The notes under the pieces are model-generated. The model searched no databases. It worked only from the letters and a program-made list of their open reading frames with translations, and was not told the DNA's origin. 64,000 nt of DNA from Mantamonas sphyraenae STR306 (taxonomy: Eukaryota > Protista > CRuMs), in NCBI GenBank assembly GCA_026936335.1, contig JAPMXV010000069.1, forward strand, positions 186,001-250,000, written 5' to 3'. Numbering within the stretch: the first letter of the stretch is position 1; each line of letters opens with the position of its first letter. The position numbers were made by a program, and so were the translations under genes. This document shows, piece by piece, positions 55,788 to 64,000 of this stretch.

Positions 55788-57420
55788 GTTCGTGTCGGGT
55801 TGGGCGCGGCGCCGCGAGGCTTCTCGATCGCAGAGAAGGTGGGCTCGTACCGCTTGCAGGCGCCAGCCCGATCGAATCTCACTTGACCGTCGTCCTCTGC
55901 GTGACTACTTGTACATGTTGAATCGCACTGCTTGCATCTTGTCAGTCGTGTGTGGCTTGGCGAGCGGGTTTTGGAGCTGCGCGCGCCGATCACGCTACGC
56001 TACACCCGGCTGAATGCCCACAGTTGCACGGCACAGAGAGCAGCGGGAGTGCTGATTTGACAATGACTTGACAGTCGTATGGAGGTCTATGGTGAGCGTG
56101 GGGTCATCGAGCATGTTGCGTTGCAAAACACCGTCCGGTGAGGGCACAGATCGCAAGGTCGCGTGTTTACTGGTGTCGCAAGGTTCCAGGTGACGATCGT
56201 GGAAGTTGATGCCCGTGTTGCAAGTGGTGTGGTCAAACGAGTGTCAAACTGCGCAAGCATGGCGATCCTCCAGAGTGGACGCCGTTTTGCACTGCAAGCT
56301 CGCACAGGCAGAATCAACAGCCACGACACCACTTTCCAGCATCATCAGTTCCCTTTTTCTCTTCTGAGTCGGAAATTGGTGCTCATAAGGCGCATTGCCA
56401 ACGTTCAGGAGGGGATTTACGCACAAGATGCGAACGCTGGAACTTGTGAGATGCGCAAAAGCCAGGAGGTTGGATGAAGCCAGTGTGTGTATGTGATGAT
56501 GGAGGGGGTGGGAACGGTGTTCATTCAAGATGTGGTGCAACATTGATGGAAAACCGGCCACGGAAGCTGGCCGTCCACTTCCCACACAACCCGCTGTCCA
56601 ATCCGACACCCATTCGCAGCCATCCACTCTCCAGGCAGCTCCGTCTCCGCCGTGCGCAGAATGGGAAGCACCAGTTGGTTGACAGATCCTCCTCCCACAG
56701 CAGGTTCAGCAGCACATCCGCCCTTTTCAAACTCACTCCCGCCGAGAGGTCCATCAGACTCGCATGCGGCCTTCCCACCTCCTCCGTCAGCGCATCAGCC
56801 CACTGCACCAGCCCATGGTGCCCCACCCCCCCCCCCCTCCTCAATCTGAAGACCTTTGTTCAGCCCTTGCACCTGCCCTCCGCTCACAAACCCGACCATC
56901 AGCTTGGCCAGCCGCACAGGGTTAGGGGAGGGGGGGAGGGGGGGAGGGGGGTCGCCAGCCACCCTGCCAGGAGGGAGTTGTGGTGTGGTGGCGGGCGAGT
57001 GTGGCGAAGAATGAAAGATCCGCCCGCTCTTGCTCGGGGACGGGGTCCATGTTCGCTTCCGTGACTCCATGGTCAAGGTTGAATCCGCACAGGCCAGCCA
57101 TGAGGTGCATTTGGTCAACATGAGTGTTCACGACGATTGCATGCGTCCTTCGATGTCCAGTCCTGCGCTGTGTTGGCTCGGCTTGTGTGCAACGGGTGGC
57201 CACGGTCATTGCTGGCGACATGGCCAGGAAGCACTGGGATCGATTGGCCAACATGGACACAGACAAGGTCAAGGAGTACGCTCTGGCACAAACGATGCAA
57301 GGTACAATCTGCACCTGGCTGGCGATCCCGATCTCCTCGACCAGGCGGACTCCACGGTACACAAGACAACTTGGAATCTGAGGAGTGGTTGAGGCTTCTG
57401 TACTGTACATTGGAGAGTGG

Positions 57421-60400
57421 CTAGAATGGAGTCAGCTCAATCTCGTTTGGAGGAGGAGTGGGGTGGGGCGTGGTGTGGAGGGCGCGGACGAGGTGGAGGA
57501 CGGCCGAGTCTGGATTCTGTGCGACGTGTGCCGTCCATTCAGCGAGGAGTTCTTCGTCGAGGAAGCGTCGTCCACGTCGGATGTCATGGGCGTGGGGCGC
57601 TTGGCGAGAGGCGCGGATGGCGTCGATGTCTGCGGTGATGTCGAGCATCTGCTTGTCGGAGAGGGCGTTGCGTGCGAGTTGCTCGAGTTTGCGGTGATGG
57701 TCGGGGTGGAGGAGGAGGGTTGCGTTGTGGATAAACTTTTGGCGGAGGCCGCGGTCATCGCCGATGGCAATCAAGGCCATGTCACGCTTGCTTTGGACGG
57801 CTTGCCAAAGGTCGAGGGCGATGTAGGCAAGGCAGGCGAGGAGGACGGTTGCAGCGACCATGAGGGTGATCCAGGTCCACGCCGGGCTGTCTTGGGTGCT
57901 GCGTGTGGCAAAGACCATGCCGGCAATGAGGAGGAGGAGGCTCTCGACAAGGAGGAGGCTCTCGAGGGTGTTTTGGGCAGATGTGCGGTACGGACGGTAG
58001 ACGGCCTGGACATAGGTGGCAGCCCCGAGTACGAGGATGGCCATGAGGCCCTGGAGGGCAGGGGTGGCAGTGGCAAAGAGCTTGAGGGCGACGACGGCGC
58101 CCTTGCGGAGGAGGACGACGGCCTCAAAGAAGTACAACGAGGTGGAGTACTTGTTGAAGAGGGTGGAGTACTTTTGAAGAAACTGGGGCTGGAGGCGGCG
58201 CTCTGGGTTTTGTGCCGAGAGCATGATGGCAAGCACGGTAGCGGGGATGCCGAGGACAAAGAGGACGAGAAAGAGGATGGCGGGGCCGAGGATGCGTTCG
58301 TGTGAGCCTCCAGGGACCCAGCAGGAGACGGAGGGTTCGACATCAAGGACAAAGTGGCCGGGTTGGAGCTCGGTGCAGTCAAAGGCCTCGAGGACGCGGG
58401 TGGAGAGGGGAATGTAGAGGAGGACGAGGGAAAAGAGCATCTCGTTGACCATGTGGCGGAGGGTGTCTTGGTCGACGATCTCGGACTCGGTGAAGAGGGT
58501 GGAGAGGCTGTGGCGCAGGTAGGAAAAGAGGAAGGATGTGCGCGGGAGGGACGGGTCCGGCGGGGCACAGAAGCGCGGGTGGGCGGCGTGGAAAGCGGCG
58601 CCGTGATGGAGGACCCAGGAGGCGCGGAGAAACTGGCCGAGGACACGGAGGAGGATGCCGAGGGCGAGGAGGAGGGGCAGGGTCATGGTGAGCCAGAAGC
58701 GTGTGTTGAAGGTCCACTGGTTGGCGAGGGAGCATTCTGGGGCGGCGGTTTCGAGATTGAAGTTGGCCAAGGAAAAGTAGTTGAGGAGAGACTGGACCTG
58801 AGGGGGCCAGTCGAGGCGGTAGTGGCCAAATGTGCTCATGACCTGGAGGTGTGTGAGGGCGATGGCGGTCATGCGGCCGGTGGACTTTGCGCCGGAGCGG
58901 ACTTGGCGCTTGACGAAAAAGAGGTAGAGGACAAAGAGGAGGATGAGGAGGGCGATGGTGGCGCCGGAACCGTCTTGGCATGGCTGGCAGGTGGGGCCGA
59001 GCTTGAAATAGCCCTGGTGGCAGAGGGCGCACATGGGGCCGTAGTAGCCCGGGGCGCAAGCGTTGGTGATGTTTGTGGAGCCTCCGAGGCAGGCGGAAGG
59101 GACGGGGCAGGGGAGAAAGCGGAGCTGGGGGCCTGTGCCCACAGCAAAGTAGCCGGGGCGGGCGATGGGAGGTGTGGTGCGACCGGGGCAGGTGGCTTGG
59201 GCGGGACAGGGGAGACAGGGGCGGCCTGGGAGGGCGTCTGGATGGTAGAAGCGAAAGAGACACTGGCAGTGGTCGAGGGTGGTGGCTGGCTGGAGGACAG
59301 GCTCTGTGTTGGCGGGACAGGAGAGGGGCTCTGCGAGGACGGTGAAGAAGAGTTGGGAGGGGTGAAACTGCTGTCCGTTGAGGCTGATTTCGACGAGGTG
59401 CTGGCCCAGTGGGAGGGAGGAGTTGACGGTGAGGCGGATGGAGGTGTTTGTGAGGGCGTCGGGGACGATGGGCGGGTTGTTTTGTCCGAGGCGGACGAGG
59501 ACGTGACCGGTGTCGAGAAAGTTTGCGCCGGTGAGGAGGAGCTGGACGGTGTCGTCGGGTGTTTTCCTGGGAGGAGTGAGGGAGGCGAGGGTGGGTGGAG
59601 GGTAGAGGGTGAGGGAGTGGCCCGAGTCGAGCCAGTCGATTCCGTTGAGGGCGACGAGGACGCGTGCCTGAACGGGGAGGGAGGTGGAGGCGTTGTAGGC
59701 GGGGGTGGTTGCGGAGAGGGTGGTTGGGGCGAGTGTGGCGGAGACGGAGGGAGAGGATTGGAGGCGGAGGCGTGGGAGCTCGGAGAGGGCGGTGACAAAG
59801 GAGCCGGTGAGGGTGATGCGGGTGGCGCCTGAAAAGGGCATGGCGGGGGGGTGGATGGAGGTAAAGGTGGGAGTCGGGTAGAGACGGAGGGAGACAGAGT
59901 CTGTGGACCAGGAGTGGCCGCTGTTTGTGGTGACAGAGACGGGGAGGTCGGCAAAGGCGGCGGGCGGGAGGTTGGGAAAGGCGTGGAGGAGGGAGGGGAG
60001 GTGGAGGACGAGGGGCGGGTTTGTGGCGTTGAGGATGACGGGTGGGTTTGTGTGGAGGCGTAGGCGTAGGGAGGCGTGTACGTGGGGAGGGTCGAGGAGG
60101 TTGGATCCGGCGATTGTGATGGGGGTGCCACCGGCGAGATGTGCGCTGGTGGGGGTGGTAGAGGTGAGAGAGGGGCTGAGGGCAAGGAGGGTGGGGGGAG
60201 TGGCGGTGGAGAATTCGAGGCCGTTGTTGAGGGAGACCTGGACGGCGGCGGTGGTGACGGGAAGGGCGGGAGAGGTGCAGTGGAGGGTGGTGGGGGTTGC
60301 AAAGGAGCAGGGTGCGTGGGCGCCGTTGAAGGAGGCAAGGAGGCCCGGCGTTTGAAGGAAGCCTGTGCCAAAGAGGGTGAGGGGCACGGGGAGGCCAGCG

Positions 60401-63400
60401 GGGATGCGGTCGAGGCTGAGGGCAGAGACGCGGACGGGGCTGTGGTAGAGGAAGGAGCCTGCGGGGAACCAGTCTAGGGCGTTGAGGGCGACCCAGAGGG
60501 ATGCGGTGTGGGGCGGTTGGATGGAGGAGGGCAAGGCGGGCGTGGATGGGAGGATGAGGTTGTCGGGGGGAAGGAGGGTGGCGTCGAGGATTTGGCTGTG
60601 CCATTGGGAGGAGTTGAGCTTGATCTTTGGGTTTGCGGCGGAGGCGAGGTTTGGGTAGGCGCCTGTGATGGTGAGTTGGGTGCCGCCTGCGTGGGAGCCT
60701 AGGGCAGGGGAGGAGTGGTTGAAGGTGGGTGTGGCGTAGACGCGGAGGGAGTGAGTGGTTGTGGTCCAGGATGCGGCGCGATTGATGGAGACTTGGATGG
60801 GGACGTCTGTGAAGGGGGTGTGTGGCGGGAGGGTTGCGGTGAGGTCGGGCACCGGGAGGACGAGGGATGCGGTGGCGTTGAGGAGGACGGGTGGGTTGTG
60901 TGTTGAAGCGGACGCGGAGGGAGTGGTGGACGTCGATTAGGTTGATGCCGGAGAGGGTGAGGGGCGTGCCTCCGGCGATGTGTGCGCTGGACGGGTTGAG
61001 GGCAAGGAGGAGCGGGCGGAGGGTTTGGATGGGAATGGGGGCGGAGAGCTGGGTGGAGCGCATCTGGCCGTTGAGGGCGAGAAGGACGTCGTGGGTGCCT
61101 GCGGGGAGGGCGGGGAGGATGCAGTGGATGGCAGAGGCGTTGAGAAAGGTGGCGGGTACGTCTGTGCTGCCAAAGCGGACGGTGAGGTGGGGGGTGTGGA
61201 GAAAGCCGTGGCCGAGAAGGGTGACCGGGAGCGGGAGGAGCTCGGGAAGGAGGGTGGGGTGGAGGGCGTGGAGGACGGGGAGGGGCGAGACATGGAGTGG
61301 GAGCGGGTGGGTAAAGGAGAGGCCGCCGTTTGTGGTGAGTTGGACCGAGGTGGCTGCGGCGGGTGTGGTGCAGCGGAGCTGGGTGGAGGAGAGGAATTGG
61401 GCCGGGAGGGTGAGGGCGTTGGCAAAGCGGCACTGTAGGTGTGGGCCGGTGTTGTTGAAGCCGGAGCCGGTGAGGGTGAGGAGGGTGTCTCCTGTGGAGG
61501 GGGACCAGGTGGGAGAGAGGGAGTCGAGGGAAAAGACGGAGAAGGGCAGGGGCGGGTGGGTGTAGTGCTGGCCGTCGAGGGCGAGAGAGAGGTAGGCTGT
61601 GCCGGTGGCGTTGATGGCGGGGAGGGAGGTGTGTATGGATGCGCCTGGGGGCTGCCAGGTGGCCGGGAGGGTGATTTGGAGGCCAGAGGGGGTGGTGAGG
61701 CGGACGCGGAGGTCTGGGCCGGTGTCGGGAAAGGAGGAGGAGGTGGCGGGGAGGAGGGTGAGGGTGGGGGTGGGGATGGCGATGGGGAGGGATTGGGGGG
61801 AGAGGGCGGAGAGGGGTTGCGGGGCGTAGTAGCGGAGGGTGAGGTTTGTGGGGAGGAAGTTGTAGGAGTTTGGGGCGAAGCGGAGGGTGGCGAGGGCGGG
61901 GGTGCCTTGGGGGAGGGGGGGGTTGAGAAGGAGAGGGGGTGGGGGAAGGGGGGGTTAGGGTGAGGGTGGTGGTGGTGGTGGTGGTGGTGATGGTGAGGGT
62001 GATGGGGTCGTAGGTGGAGGTGGGTGGGAGGCCGGAGGTGATGAGTGTGATGAGGGTGCCGCCGGTGTCGGGAGAGCTGGACGGGGAGATGGCGGTGAGG
62101 GAGGCGTTGTACGGGGTAAAGAGGGTGGCGGGGGAGGTGTGCCACTGCTGGCCGTCGAGGCTGATGGCGACGGGGAGGGGGGTCAGAGGGAGGTCGGGCG
62201 GGGTCATGCAGGTGATGTTGTGGGTGGAGAGGTGGAGGACGGTGGCGAGGAGGGAGCCGATGCGGCAGCGGGGTGTGGGGAAGGGTGGCGGGAGGTTTGT
62301 GGGGAGGTAGTGGGCTTGGAGGGTGACGGGTGTGCCGCCTTGGTAGGGGCCGGAGGTGAGGTTGAAGCGAGGGAGGAGGGTGGAAAAGAGGGTGAGGGTG
62401 GGCGGGGTGTAGGTGGGCTGGGCGAGGAGGGTGGGGATGGAGACGGAGACGTTGCCGAGGGCGTCGGGGATGGGGGGAGTGGAGCAGTTGAGTTGGGTGG
62501 AGGAGAGGGTGACGCAGGCGAGGGCCGGGTAGTGGCGTGCGTTTGCGTGGAAGACGGGGATGTGGGTGGCGTTGAAGTTTGCGCCGCGGATGTCGAGCCA
62601 GGTGCCGCCTGTGTTTGGGGCGAGGGGAGGGTAGAGGGAGTGGAGGTAGGGAAAGGTGGGGTTGCAGGTGGTCTGGCCGGGGAGGAGGTTGAGGGTGGGC
62701 TGGGGGCAGGAGAGGCAGGAGGTGGCGTTGGCGGTGGTGGAGTAGGTGTGGACGGGGCACGGGGGGCAGGCTTGGAGGGGAGGAGGCGGGCTCGGGGGTT
62801 GGTCAAGGGGCGGGGAGTACTGGCCCGGAGAGCAGGCGTCGTTGGGTTTTGTGCGGAGGAGGAGGGCGTCGTAGGAGCCAATGGAGGCTTGGGAGAAGAG
62901 GTTGCTGGTGTAGCCGACGGCATACGGGAGGAGGAGGGCGTCGAGGGCGACGGATTGGAGCTGGTCGTCGCCAGAGGTGCCAAACTGGTGGATGCGTAGG
63001 ACGGCGCCGGTGGCAAAGTCGAGCTTGAGGATGAGAAAGTCGTTGTTGCCAAGGGGTTGGGAGCCGAGGGAGCCGGCGGAGCTGCCGACGACGTAGAGGA
63101 CGGAGTCGTCGGGGGCGAGGGCGAGGTCGTGTGGTTCGTCGGTGCTTGTGGTGCCGAGCATGGTGGTCCAGAGGCGTGTGCGAGAGGTTGTGTTCCAGCG
63201 TGTGACGAGGATGTCTTTGGCGGCGGCAAAGGGCTGGGCGTCGACGGAGGAGGTGGAGGAGCCGCAGAGGACGAGGTCGCCGGTGAGGCGGGAAATGTCC
63301 ATGGCTTGGGAGGTGTCGACGGCGGAGCCACCCCACTGGGCGGCCCATATTTGTTGGCCGTTGGTGGTGTTGAAGGCGAGGAGGACGTAGTCGTCCTGGC

Positions 63401-64000
63401 CGAGGTGGGGGCCGTAGAGAGAGCCGGATGTGTGGGCAAAGAGGTAGGCGATGTGGGGGTCGGTGGGGTGGGGCTGGAGGGCAGAGGGGATGACGGAGAT
63501 GGACGGGGCGCCGACAAGGACGAGGTAGAGCTGGGAGGCGTTTGTGGGGTCGAGGGCGGCGATGAAGAGGCGGCGGTCGCCGGGGTTGGGGTAGCCGGGA
63601 AAGGCGCCGGTGGAGTCGCCGGCGACGAGGATGCGGGAGGCGTCCGAGGTGAAGGCGGCGGCGCGTGCAAAGTCGTTGCTGGAGGAGCCGATGCGCGCGG
63701 AGAAGGCGAGGGTGGAGTTTGGGTGGAAGGCGAGGATGAGGGCGTCGTTGTCTGTGGAGCCGCCGAGGGCGGTGTAGGAGGAGGTGGAGCCGGTGAAGTA
63801 GGCAGAGAGGAGGATGAGAGGGGGGGAGGAGAGGGGAGGAGGAGGGGGGAGAGAGGGAGAGGGAGGTGGGGATGGTGGAGGAGGAGGCGGTGCCGCCGAG
63901 TTGTTGGGTCCAGAGAGGGGCGCCGGTGGCGTTCCAGGCGATTAGGAAGAGGTCGTTGTTGCTGGAGCGGGTGAATGGGGGGAGGGAGGAGCGGGTGGTG
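57421..64000 (-). CDS. Giant surface protein: beta-propeller repeats, Cys-rich modules, many IPT/TIG domains, C-terminal multi-pass TM domain; 5' end outside window; frame breaks at ~60895, ~61900 and possibly ~63820
   Basis: Propeller repeats (YVVGSSAGSL..NDFLILK). Repeated IPT motifs (GGTxxTxxG, VSLNGQ), CPAQATCPG and CAPGYYGPMCALC. About 8 TM segments with YFFEAVVLLRK and YRPY. Confidence 0.8.

Noticed and set aside
16217-63830. Several frame breaks (16217, ~22900, 33036, ~53605, ~60895, ~61900, ~63820) as a recoding or editing system
   Set aside because: No shared slippery motif, and most lie in homopolymer runs. Long-read indel errors are the simpler explanation, pending raw reads.
166-63974. 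Many long antisense or alternative-frame ORFs (e.g. 19672-22380, 26020-27894, 41446-43497, 58379-61063)
   Set aside because: Low-complexity shadows of real genes, expected with high GC and strong codon bias.
1-64000. CRISPR arrays, tRNA/rRNA genes, transposase, reverse transcriptase or viral genes
   Set aside because: None recognised by eye. The rRNA-like 10-12-mers at 12608-12677 are snoRNA guide elements.

Overview
Gene-dense, GC-rich eukaryotic (protist-like) genomic DNA with short GT-AG introns and very short intergenic gaps. About 24 protein genes are recognisable. They include a membrane-anchored S8 protease, ELP2, RPA49, a calcineurin B-like protein, KCTD-type BTB-WD40, BIN4-like, DUF4286, a GP63/leishmanolysin-IPT fusion, GON4L/DUO3-like, IWR1, a GT-A glycosyltransferase, three tandem Patched/NPC1-like genes, an MFS transporter, TRM1, a ~4,800-aa RNF213-like AAA+/RZ-finger protein, BTB-BACK-SPRY, and a giant IPT/TIG multi-pass membrane protein running off the window. 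Most notable unexplained signals: (1) a strong G/C strand asymmetry independent of gene orientation, with abrupt flips at ~38.8 and ~54.2 kb and a steady ramp across the 14-kb RNF213-like ORF that also shifts codon and amino-acid usage; (2) an intronic box C/D snoRNA with two LSU rRNA-complementary elements; (3) a structured K-turn element over a possible start codon and 5' splice site of the BIN4-like gene; (4) a recurring CCAA(C) motif just upstream of start codons, with divergent genes only ~40 bp apart. Gene identities come from remembered family motifs, not database searches. Base counts are hand counts on single 60-nt lines.
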